This document shows positions 38,444-50,791 of a stretch of 64,000 nucleotides of DNA, one piece after another. The stretch lies in assembly GCA_964057225.1 (NCBI GenBank), contig OZ059896.1:13764001-13828000 (forward strand), written 5' to 3'. The position numbers and the translations under genes are program-made. The first letter of the stretch is position 1, and the number at the start of each line of letters is the position of its first letter. The stretch comes from Auanema rhodensis (Eukaryota > Animalia > Nematoda). The notes beneath the pieces were generated by a model. That model had not been told where the DNA came from, did not search any database, and saw only the letters and a list, made by a program, of their open reading frames with translations.

Positions 38444-41230
38444 CTAAGATTTACCGTGAACATCTGTGGTACTGAGGAAGATTCCCGCAGCATTCAACTG
38501 AAATATACAGATAATGAGAGTTATATTACGATTATTATGAAAAACCTTGAAGCTCTTCCATGCGTGACAAAGCTGCACCTCACCAATGTGAGATAGTTCT
38601 TGGAGTTCTAAGGCTGAACTATAAATACTATTTACATTTAATTCTCGTGTTGGAGTATCCAGGCTGGAACACAGATTATGAGATTGAAGTTGAAATAAAA
38701 TTTAGCATACTTGGGTAGAAGTTCGCTTTCTTTTGAAGAAATTTTGATGGCGTCACCTAGGAACCTTTGCAGTTCCAATTCCATGTCCGCAACAGATGGA
38801 GCGGACGGAGGTGGAGCAGAAGGCGTTGAATGCTTGTGAGATGACGAGCTCGAGGATGCATTTGATGCTATGGTCCTACTTGGTTGAATCGCGGTGAATG
38901 CCTAGAATATATTCAAATATTATTTTGATCACGAGCAATTAGAAATTACTGAAGTTTCGCTTAATCGAATTTTGTTAGTTTTGCGTTCTTTAGGAGGCTC
39001 AGGGGCAGATTTCAGAGATGCACTCCCCTGAGCTTTAGCTTGTACTGGAATAGGTTGTGCTATTTGAGGAGACCCAAACTTAGGAGCACCTGAAGAAAAA
39101 ATAAATTTTGAGTTACAATATCGTTATGACTATAAACCTGTTTGTAACATATCTATAATGCTGGATCCTACATGTGCTGGACCATTCTCGACGGGGCGAA
39201 AATGGCTTTGAGTTGATAAAACAGGATGTGAACTATTCGAAGGTGGAAATAGATTTGATAAAGATTTGAAATTGTCCCCTACACCTAGACCCTGCAAGAT
39301 AATGATGTTCACGAAGATTGGAGACATGGATCCTTACCTGAGGAGAGGGTTGAGAAGGAGCAGGTACTTTGGGATTAGATTGATCTAGCAAATTATTAAA
39401 TAAGGCATTTAAAGAAACAGAAGAAAATTGTTGTTCTAAAATAAAGGTAAACAGTTAAAAAACAAAAAAACGAAAATCGAACCTGATTGAGAAAACTGAG
39501 AAGGCATAGGCTGCATCTTGGTTCCAGGGGTTAATTCATTAAAATAGCTATCAGTCGGCTGAGATTTCGTTCGTTCCTATAATTAAAAAAAATGAATTTG
39601 AAGATATAAGGAAAAATTCTCACTTTGGCTCTTCGGGCTTGTTCTTTTTTAATATAATTATGTAAATCTTGTACAAACGGGATTATAGTGTAAAAGTTTG
39701 AAGGAGTTTGATTATTTGAGTAATCGTTCCGATCGACTGGGAGATCCCAAACATTGAACCATTCAATTTTTCTAAACAACAATTGCTTAAACACTAAGAC
39801 TATATTAGAACGTTTACCTAATTTCATTTCTAGTTTGAGGAGAAAAGGGAAAGTCCATAGGAACATCTGTAGCTATATACAATCTAATCATGGTATCGTT
39901 AATAAACTTTTGAATCTTGTGTTCTTTGCCATTCGAGACTTCGGAAAAATCGAATCCAGTTTCCTCTCTTACTTCTCGAACAGCACAGTCTCGAGGATGC
40001 TCGTTTTCATTAACCTGAAATATTCAAGAAAAAGGTCAAAGCGAAAATGATATACACTTACTTTTCCTTTAGGAAAACCCCATTTGTTTTTAGCTGAATA
40101 ATATCCTTGAACCAATAAAACTTTATTTAAAGTACTGTCTAATAAGATTGCGCCATATGTGGGAACATTAGATTTATAAATACGCCACTGATCTATCATC
40201 TGAAATGAGGTATGAATTAAATTTTTAAATTTTTAAACTTACATAATCAACTTTATGAGCTAAATGTTTAACTTCGGGTACATAATTAAATATTTGTCTA
40301 AAAATGCAAGATAATAGGATACGTTGGACGAACATGCCTAGCAAATTCTCTAACTCCCAAGTTTGGGCAATCTTTTCGTCCATTTGTTGTACAATAGAAA
40401 TCTATATAAAACCACTGAGCTAATTCAATTTGAAAACAAATACGTATATTATCCTTTTTCTGAAAATTTTAATGAAATGATACAAAACTTTTTAAAAAGT
40501 GACTCACCTCTTCATCGGGTATATTGGCTAAAAATCGAAAATGAATGTTATCCAAAACATCTTGAGGTATTCTCTGAGGTATGGATGGATGAGAACCAGC
40601 TTTAAAACTTTGTTGATAGTTTTTATTAGTAAATATTTGTGTCTGAAATATGAAAAGATGTGAAACAAGTAAAAAATAAAAACGTACTGTGAAAGATTGG
40701 TTACGAGAACGTTTCCCAGTAGAATCATTTGATGAACTACCAGACTCTTGTTTAGTCTGTGCCATCCTAGCACCAACACTTGTTCCTTTAGCGCTTGAAG
40801 CTTTAAGCTGGAAATATCCAAAGTAGAAAAAAAACAAAAAAATTGTACTTTAGCTGCGTTCTTCACCACAGTCGTTGCAACAGTGTTTTTAGCCTTTTTC
40901 TTTTTGTTGCTAACTTCAGTAATGGTAACAGCCTTAACAGGCTTCACAACATTAGAAATAGCAGTAGTACTAGTAGCAGAAGCCTTTTTAATGCGAATCT
41001 CATTCTTTTCTTCTTTATCACGTTTCTAAAGAGTTTATTATTAAATACCATCAATGATATGAAATTACTTGAGCTTTGTCTAAAGCTGCTAAGAGATCCA
41101 TAACTCTTTCAGAAGGTTGAGGAGTTTTAATGGCATCAGAAACACGTCGTCGTGTCTAAACGCAAGAATTACATTAAAACACAAAGAAAAAATGATCATT
41201 TACCCTCTTATTTGATGTAGAAGGCTGCAT
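38444..41230 (-). CDS. dcap-2: mRNA decapping enzyme Dcp2
   Basis: [84 protein letters not shown]; long low-complexity C-terminal tail. Confidence 0.95.
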
Positions 41231-41424
41231 TTCTGTCAAAATAAATATATACAACGATTAAGAGTATGCTAACGGAAATATTAAAAAGACGAATTACTTT
41301 CTGGTGAAATCATTAAACAAAGAACGAAAATAATTTAATATTCATGCAATTCAATAAGTTAAAAAAATTAAAAAAAGATTATCGCAAAAAAATAATACAG
41401 AATAGTACACGTTATAAATAATAT

Positions 41425-44400
41425 TCATAATCCTAAAGTGTTAAAAAAGTTACTTAGCTTGACGAATAATTTATGGTTAGTATTAGCCAGGGCTTCCTGA
41501 ACCTATAAAAAATATGATACCAAAATACAAAATTTGAAAAATTACCTGTTTTATTGTCCAAAAATCACAAAAATCAGCAAAAAGACTATCAGGAATAGGC
41601 TAAACAAAGCGATGAAATACGCAAACAAAAGAAAAAACTTACTGTAGTCATATCCATCTCGACATCAACTAGAAGCCATATATATTCATTAATTGTTAAA
41701 TCAAACCACAGTCTGATAACCCCTTTTAGCGGACTCACTGGATTTTTTAACCATGTCAATACTCGTGTGAAAACACTACTCTATAACAAAAAAAATAAAC
41801 AAAAAAGTGTGAAAGGTGAGAACATTTCTCCCAACAGAAACAAAACCGAAGTCTTCACAATACAGATAATGAATACTGTTTTCCTGGTTTGGAGAAAATA
41901 TTGCTAGAACCTGAAATCACATAGGAATATCAATACAAGATTATCATAAACTTGAAATACCTCCGCAGATTGCTTATGAACTCTGATTTTCGGGAGTTTA
42001 CCAACACGTACAATGGAGTTTTTGATTATTTGATAGTTACATCCTATCTAAAAATATACTTTGTGAATGATATAAATAATGAAAATAACCATAGAAGGCG
42101 TTTGTTCAATCTCCTCAAATTCAATGACGTCGCCAAGCTCCAAAGAGGAGTTTCTGACAAGAAATAATCGTAAACATTAACAAAAAACAAGAAAAACTCA
42201 CTTGAATTCTTTCAATACACTTGTTTTGTGATTGGTATTAAAGACAATTGCACAAGGGGAATCCACAATAGCAATAACTCCCTATAACATGGAAATTTCC
42301 CTAATATCAAAGAGTCGTTTTGTACAAGAAAGTTTGAATAATAATGAGTTTCTAAGTTTTGAAATTAGTTCGAGAACAAACATCAAAAAAATGTGAGAAA
42401 AAATCTGAAAACAGGAACCCGATTTGTTTCCGTTAGTATTTAATGAAAAGTTGTACGTATCAAAGAAAACACTAAGATAAACATATACTGTGCACTTCTC
42501 ATAGTAAACGTTTTCAAATACACTCATATTAATAGAACATTATTACTTTCTAGTATTTCATACCTTTATAAAACCAGAACTGAAAACCAAAAATAGTTAA
42601 AAACATTCAAAACAACCACTGATTATACCTTCTTTTAATTGATCTATCCTGAACACAAGCCAGCTCACGGTTCCTATTCTCATGGAATGTATGATTGATT
42701 CGCTTTTCATAGAAATTGTTGTACATATCATCAGAATACTCATCTCGACCTGTACTACCGTAGCATAAATCTCTATTGTCAGAGAAAACACCTTCAAAAA
42801 AATTAACTAAAGATTCTCAAATAAAGTTACCATTGCTTTGAGAGGTTGTATAGCGAGAGTGAGTAGGAGAAGAATAAGACGCACCAGATTGTGATGGAGT
42901 TGGACAACGAGAATGTGATAGTGGATGCATATGAGTTTGCGACTTTAAATTTTAATTTAAACTTCTAAATAAAACGCCACAAACTTACAGCATTGTATGT
43001 GTTATTTTGTTGTGTATCTTTTGTCTGTGCGTTACTCGTAATGTTGTCTAATACCCAATAATTGTTCTCTTTGTCATACACTAATATAGCATCGACACTG
43101 AGAAAATAAATATTATAATAAATGAATATGAATGTCATCACTTACATTTTTCCAAGATATCCCGGTTTCTCCCTGGGACAGCCAATTTTCTTAAAATAAG
43201 GATGGTTTATATAGCAATTTTTCTTCTCGTCAAGTACTGGATCAAAAGAAAGTTCAACCTAAATAGAAAAAGTAAAGTATACAATTCATCTAAATAACTA
43301 ACCGAAGCGTATAAATAATCATCCTCAACATAAGTTTCAAAAGCACCAGGTACAACTTCATGAAGACCCTTAACCCGTATGCCTGTAGGAATTTCAGGAG
43401 TTGGATCAGAAACTCTAAACAATAATAACAATTCAAATAGAAATATTTAAAATACCCAAAAGTAGCACTATACCATGTCCCAATATCCACATCAATATTT
43501 CCACTAGAAACGAGATAAGGTACAAGCCCATATGAGTGTGTCCATACAAGTACTTTATCGTGCAGGTTTTGAACTATAAGAGCTCTCCTTTCTCTTTGAA
43601 CCTGAACTTAAAACCTAAACTTGGAAAGTAAGAAAAACCAACGTCATTTTTTAAAAAGTCTTTATCACCAGGCCGATATTTGTGTTTAGATAGCATATGA
43701 CGTTCATTATTCGGGATCGGTATGACGGAGTTTTGGAAAGTTGTTCCGAAAGATGAAGAATGAGAAGGTCCATTAGTTTCTCGTTTACTAGTTTCTTGAG
43801 TCACAATCGAATTCTTTAAGAGAAGCTATTTATACAAAAAAATATAAACAAAACAACAAACCGTATATTTAATAAATTTATTTGCGAATTCGGGATTTAT
43901 GACTTCTAAAAGTTTAGGAATTCCTTTAACTGTAAACAACTGCGGAACGTTATCTTGGCTTCTAAAATAGAAAATAAATTAATACACAGAAAAGTAAAAT
44001 AATCTAACCTTCCCACGGTGATTCTATATTGACTATTTAGTTGCAACTGATGCTTTTCAGGTAAAAATACATTGCCAAAAACCTCCGTCCACAGCATTGA
44101 ACTGCCAACATGTTTTTGATATATGACATTATAGCTTGCTAACACAGAATACTGAATTGATTGAAATAATGAAACAATAAAAAAAAGGATATATACTTCA
44201 AAATCTTCCTTATTCCTATGCACAGTAAGACGAGGAGTACTCTCCTGAACGATCACATCTTCAGGATTAAGTGGAACATATACATCAACAGTATTTGAGA
44301 TAGACTTAACATTGAATGTTATATGAGACCCAACAAATACACTTAAAAAGATCAAAATAGGTCATAAATTAATATTTAAAAAACTAACCCGACAGTTTCA

Positions 44401-44525
44401 TTGGAAATTTTAACATCAGCTTCACGCTGATTAGTTACATCAAAACCACGATAAGAAGTAAATTTATTATTTTTCCTAAGTTCCTTATAAATAAGGAATT
44501 CTATATGTTGTTCATCAACCACCAT
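41425..44525 (-). CDS. Unidentified multi-exon nematode protein with repeated beta-rich (OB-fold-like) units; possibly RSD-2 family
   Basis: ATG at 44525 (MVVDEQHIEFLIYKELRK..); consecutive open exons bounded by GT-AG down to ..FFNTLGL* at 41425. Repeated W-x3-5-G-x-V units (LWTEVFGNVF, VWTHSYGLVP). Could be two genes. Confidence 0.6.
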
Positions 44526-45731
44526 ATATGGTACAGAAACTAAAATAGCTAATATTCATAAGAGACACACTTAACAGATTGTTATACAATAACAATTACA
44601 TGAAAGCTCAATAACACAATAGAGAAAAAGGCATGACGCGACGCAAGCGGCACGCGAACGGTAATATTGCAAGGCGGTTATGGAACTGAACTTGAACGTG
44701 AACGCTTCTGTCAAAGTATGTGTCTAAGGAAAATATCTTTCGAACACTTCCTCTATTGCGAAAAAATTAAAATTAGATTTCAAAAACATCTCTTTTCACT
44801 TTTTTATGCATTTTAAATAAATAATACAAATATGTACTTTTGTTTGTATTTTTGCTGATGTCTTTTTAACTATCTTTTTATTTGTTAATTTAAATATTTA
44901 ATGTATAAATAATTATTAATTTAATTATTATAATACTATTTTAACAGAAATAAAGTTAATTTAAGAATTGAAAATAAAGAAAATAACTGTTAATACGATA
45001 TAATCTTGAAAAACCAATATAGTTATGAAGCTCATGCTATGAAACATTCCTCTGATAGATTTAATAGTTAAAGCGGTTTTTTTAAACAATCAACGCAAGA
45101 AATCAATATTAGAAAAAGAAAATAATGGGAAAGACTAGCACATGTCAAACAACAGAATGTGGTAAAGTCTTGACTTCATATGTTATAAGACAAAGCAGTT
45201 GTAATCAAGATAATGAAGTCAATTATGAAAATTTATCGTATTTAAATCAAAGTTGCATTTAACAATGAGTTTGCTAATTATTAATATTGGAAGATTCAAG
45301 ATGTTAATTGAAAACGCCGTCAAAGCTAGATTTATTAATATCACGAGTCGGTTTGATTTGATTAATTCTGCTATTTTACTGATAACTTTTGATGCTAAGT
45401 ACTATCTATGTATGACATGTAAATGTGGAAAATCGCTGCATAAATGTATTATTACTATTATTATTAAATACTTTCATTGTAGACAAAACTTTTTGAACTT
45501 AAAATCTGTTTCAAAAGAGCTGTAACTTATATTATTTGCTTATGAGGGTGTTGGACCATGTAAAGCAATATTACAAAGTATGAAGCTTGATATTCATATA
45601 GTAAAATACAATTTCTTTATTTGAAAAAGAAATTTGAGGATGAAAACTATGTTAAAGAAATACAAGTAGCGCATCTGAAAAAGGATATGGTGCTGAACTC
45701 GGTGAACTGACTGCCATATCTTTGTTCAGCA

Positions 45732-47918
45732 ATGAATGAAACGGTAGGTTTTCTAATTTTTCTATTGAATATTAAACTTTATTTTTCTTAATTCAGACTA
45801 ATTTATCTCTTTCTCAAGAGTTTCAACAAAGAATTCGGGTAGTAATCTCTCGAAACCCTCCAGATGTTTACGACACCTGCCCAAAGTCACCTACCTTCCA
45901 TCCAACTGTCAATTGCCCTTTTCCAGGGTGGTGCATGGAAGTAACAACTATAGAAGAAAAATAATGATTTCTCTGCAAGTTTCAGGTCATGAAGATGCTT
46001 TCTGATTATCTTAAAATAGAAATTGTTCCCTTAATGAATCCAAATAGTATTGGTGCCCTTAATTGGGGAACTTACGAAGTAGATATCTCCAACGATCATA
46101 CAGATGAAATGCTTAATTTTCAGGATAATGATACATGGACTGGAGTATTAGGATATTTAGCTGATGGTAGTGCTGATACTGCTTGTTTATTCTATCAAGA
46201 AACTGAGTTACGAGATCAATACTTTGAATTATCTTACCCAGTCACAAATGTTTTTATAAACTTTTGATATTATGCTTCTCATATACATACAGGTTCAACC
46301 AGTCTATGTTGTTCGAAAACGTGTTGAAAATATTGGTTCGGTTTTATGGAATGCATTTAAACCATACTCTACTACAACATGGCTTGTACTGTTGGGTAAA
46401 TATTTTAAATTATTTTTGAATAAAAATTTAATATTATTAAGGTTCATTAATATTTCAAATTATTATTATGATTTTAATATCCAAAGTGGAGTTTAAAATG
46501 GGAAAACGTGCTAGATTTCGACCTTTTCAGGTTTGTTAATCCAAAATCTTTTACAAAAATATCCCGAATTTAAAGATGATATGGGATGCAGTTCAATTAC
46601 AATTAGATGAAAAATCTGAGGACATGGTATTTTATACCTTATCCGGTAATATTGAATTAACAATTAATTCAAAATAAATTAATTTTAAAGGAAATATTGT
46701 ACTTTTCATATTTTCACTTCTACAAGCTGGATTTTTCATATATTTATATGAAGGTAAAGATGTAAGTAAGTTGTTATCATCCAATTGATATTAAGGTCTA
46801 TTACTTTCTTCATTACTAAGAGGAGGAGAGAAAGATCCATTTAAAGATGCTGATGGTGTTATTAAATTAATAAGTGAAGGAAACTATCATTTAACAACAA
46901 ATTATATAGGAAATTGGTAAATATCATTAATCATTATATAGTTTTTTCTATATTCAAGGTATTTTGATGAATTGTATCACTCAAATGCTTCTCATTTCGT
47001 TTCACTGAGAAAGGCAATTCAAACAAATCCAGTGGTAATTAACCGATAAACTCTTCGTGTGCTATACTATTTATAGGTTATTGCTTCATCTGTTTCTGAA
47101 GCATTAGACCTGGTAGAACAGGGTGATCACATCTTTCCAATTCAAGAAGATAGTGTTGCTCTGCAACTAAGTCGTGAACGATGCAACTTAGTTTACATTA
47201 ATAAAGGTAATGATATACTAATAATATTAATCTTATTTTTAAAAAAAAAATACAACCGCTCCACGCGACAATAACACGAAAAGTGATAAGTCATGTGACT
47301 TTTCGCGAGACGCATGCATGAAACAAATTACTTAGAACTTTTTAGGTTTACCACAAAGATCCGCTCATTTAGTTTTTAATAATAACAGTATGTTTACAAA
47401 ACAATTTGATCATGCTATCAAAATGCAAAGTTCATTTATTCAAAGAACATTTAAAAAGTATTTCTTCGAAGGATATAAGTTGCAAGATATACCGAAATGT
47501 GATGATACAGAATTTGCAAATGGCAAAGTTCGAAAAGCACTTGGTGAGAGAATTACAATTGATCTAATGAAAAGGATAGTATGAGCCTTTTAGACTTACC
47601 ATCTGTTATCGGATGTTTTACACTTGGAGGACTCGGGTTCATCATGTCCCTCTGTGGCTTTGCAGCTGAGGTAGACAGTTTTAAAAAAAAAATTAGAAAG
47701 ACAATATGAAGTTTTTATTTTAGGTCTATGTTTACTGGCACCGTAAACTGTTAACACGTCACCAGCGTAATCAAAATGCTTTTGCAAATGTGGCAAATCT
47801 TGTTAGTATGGCAAAAATACATTTTGAGTCACCACCAAACGATAACATAAATCTGGTTCGATTAGCTAATATAAAAACAGCACAAGATAAGAATGGCTAT
47901 ATGGAATTGAAATATTAA
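45732..47918 (+). CDS. Divergent ionotropic glutamate receptor / IR-like ligand-gated channel (S1-M1-P-M3-S2-M4, no amino-terminal domain seen)
   Basis: CPFPGWCMEV..NWG..WTGVLGYLADGSADTACL..TELRDQYFELSYPV..WNAFKPYSTTTWL, followed by TM segments. Start codon uncertain. Confidence 0.8.
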
Positions 47919-48763
47919 TTTATTGTATCTTAGAAGAAAAATTAAAAAACAATTATTATATATTAATATTTTCTTATTGCCTATTCAAAGTTATAAAATT
48001 TTTAAAAGATTTTAAAGCAATGTACTGAAGATTCATTATAAATAATTCAATTGAAAACCATTTAAGACATGCCATCCTCATGATAGATCCAATAGCAGGT
48101 TGGTGTGCAACATAATTTCCCGCATTAAGTTATTGCAGTCACGCTATCCTCCCGACATACCTTGTCCATCAAATGATATAAGAGCTTTATCGAACTTTAT
48201 ATTTCGGCTAATTTTTTTGTTTTTCTTCACTAAAATACAGCAAAATGTCAAGTTTATTCGTCTGTCTAAGTGTATGTGATGGATAAAATGATTGAAAGAC
48301 ATTATTCTCATCCTCTTATCTGATCACACTCATTGGCTCCTCATTGCATCCTCCGCAAATAAATACAAAAACTTTGTAACATTAGGGTTTTACATCAACA
48401 TTTGGGCATTATCTGAGGCTTTCATTTACATTTTATTTATAATTCAATTTAACTTTCCAATACAGAAAATGTTGAAATCATTTTAAGAAAGAAATCTCAC
48501 TCATACATTTGTGTATGATGTGCTCTTCAATTTTAAAACCAACACTAATCTATGTGTGAAAGTATGAAACGCATGCCTCGTTAAAGACACTTCTATACTC
48601 CATGTTCGTTGTCTGCTTCTTCATCATCTTCTTCTAGTCCCTGTTCTTCCTTTTCTCATTCAATCCACTAAACCTTCGTCCTAATTCTCTTATTGTCTTT
48701 TTCATGTCGAAAATATAATCATTTTTAAGATTTTGCTTTGAGTACGTAAGATTATCCAAGAAA

Positions 48764-50791
48764 ATGATTGGAACTCAAATACCCTCTCTACTTTCTTTCT
48801 CGATAGCTCAGACAATTGGTTAGTTTAAACTTGTAAATTCAATACTTTCTGTTTTTTCTAAAAGTTACATTTGTTTCTTTTTCTTATTTTAGAAAAAACA
48901 AATTTACATTCCAAACGCCTTTTTATTGGAGATTTACCTAAAGATTTATCAGCTAGTCATGTTAAGGTATCATCTAGCTCTCTCATGATGATCATCTCAT
49001 ATTCGAATATTTGTTATAGGAAAAACTTACACAACTCTTCCCAAAATCCAAAACTATTGAAGTTTATAGCGATTTATGCCTTGATCATCCAAATAACCGA
49101 GGTTTTGCATTCATTTCTTACGATACGCATGAAGAAGCTAGAGATGTTCGTCTCAAGATTAGAAGTGAACGACCTAAGGTAATTCATGAAGTAACATTCC
49201 TGCATTCAATTCATTTTTTAAAAATTCTTTAAAATGCCATTGTATTAAAAGGATAAACCTCTTCCAGATGTTTTCATCATAGCAGTGAGTAGTTAGATCA
49301 GATTGTTTTAAGAAAATTGACGACAATTTTTTATTTGAAAGCGATTGTTCTCAAAGTGAAAAATAGTCTATATGTCTCTTATGTTCTTTCACGCTTCATC
49401 TGATTCATAAATTACAGAAATCATTATACGATTCCCCTCAAAATTAAAAAGAAAAAGAAAAAAAAAAGATTTGGAATTGTTTGATGGCGATTAAAATTGA
49501 TTATTTTTTCCGAAGATTCTAAAAATCATTTGAAACTCGAGTTTAAACAAATCCGTATTTCAGTTGTGTTTTAAAAAAATTGAAAAACTGAAGTTTACTA
49601 TATTTACAAAGTAAAGAATTACTATTTTTTTGTTTTATACAGAATTATTGAATTTAGTTTCTTGGACATAATATTTCATGTGATTGGGCACAAGAAGAAC
49701 ATCATGTACCAGATGATGTCATGAAATCTGTAAGTCATTGAATTTGAAGCAAACTAAATATTTTGATTCAATAGGTTCGAGTACTTTTTGTTCGAAATGT
49801 GAATAAAACAGTATCAGAAGATGAATTGAGGGATCATTTTGGCGGATCAGAATTGGTCAGTATTATAGAGATCAGATATTTTAAAGATGTTATGTAGGGA
49901 GTTTCGAAAGTGAAAATTCAAAAAAACTTTGCTTTCGTTCATTTTGATACAAGAGAAAATGCCGAAGCTTCATTAAATCGATTGAATGGACAATTATTGG
50001 TAAACAGAAGTTCATATGTAACCAAAGATTAATGAAAACTAATATTTAAGCATGGACATTCATTAGAGATTCAATGGTCAAAGCCTCAACCAACTAAACA
50101 GTTAAAAATTGGACATGCTTCTAATTCAATTCATAGTTCAACCACTACAAGTCCTTATAATATTCCTAACAGGTATTCTTTCTTCGACTTCGTCTCTTCT
50201 GATGAGTTGTGTGTCAGAACTCCTGCTATTTCTGTGGCTGCACCACCTCCTCCCCAGCTATCACAAATGAACATGATTCCAACGAATATTGCCAAGTAAT
50301 AATGTATCTATTATGAAAAATTTTTTGAACATCTTCAGCTTAAGCTTAACTTTGCCAACAACTTATCCCTTGGTTAACTATCCCTGTGTTCCACCAGTTG
50401 CCTTCTTACCTAGCACGGCAGATATTTCTGGAAATGTCCTCTGGATGGTAAGTTTATCAATGTAAAGTTGGAACTTCATTTCTAATTTTTCTCAGGCTAT
50501 CAAGAAAGCTTGTACAGATATGGGATATCATATTCCCATCATATGCACGGTTGTTTTCAATGTTTATCGTCCTCTTCTAGAGCAACAATTCAAATCCTCA
50601 GTTAGTTAACGATAAAAGTTGTAAAAGAAACTTTTGAATTTCAGCTAGTTATGCCTACTGGTGAACAATATCATTCTCAGATGCATGTTACCCAAATGGA
50701 AGCTGAAAATGATGTAATTATAGAAGCTTACCGGGATATATCTCGTGATATTAGCCATCATCTATTTAGCGGCTTACTTCAATTAAAATAA
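48764..50791 (+). CDS. RNA-binding protein of the hnRNP-R/Q-A1CF-RBM46/47-DND1 family: two RRMs plus a C-terminal dsRBM-like domain
   Basis: KRLFIGDLPK..NNRGFAFISYDTHEEA..FLGHNISCDWA..DDVMKSVRVLFVRNV..NFAFVHFDTRENA..LNG..LEIQWSKP; C-terminal IKKACTDMGYHIP..FKSSLVMP..EAENDV. Confidence 0.8.

Noticed and set aside
48060-48460. GC-richer patch containing AGGTTGGTG (mariner-TIR-like) and exon-like fragments
   Set aside because: No partner TIR or TA target site, and no consistent spliced ORF.
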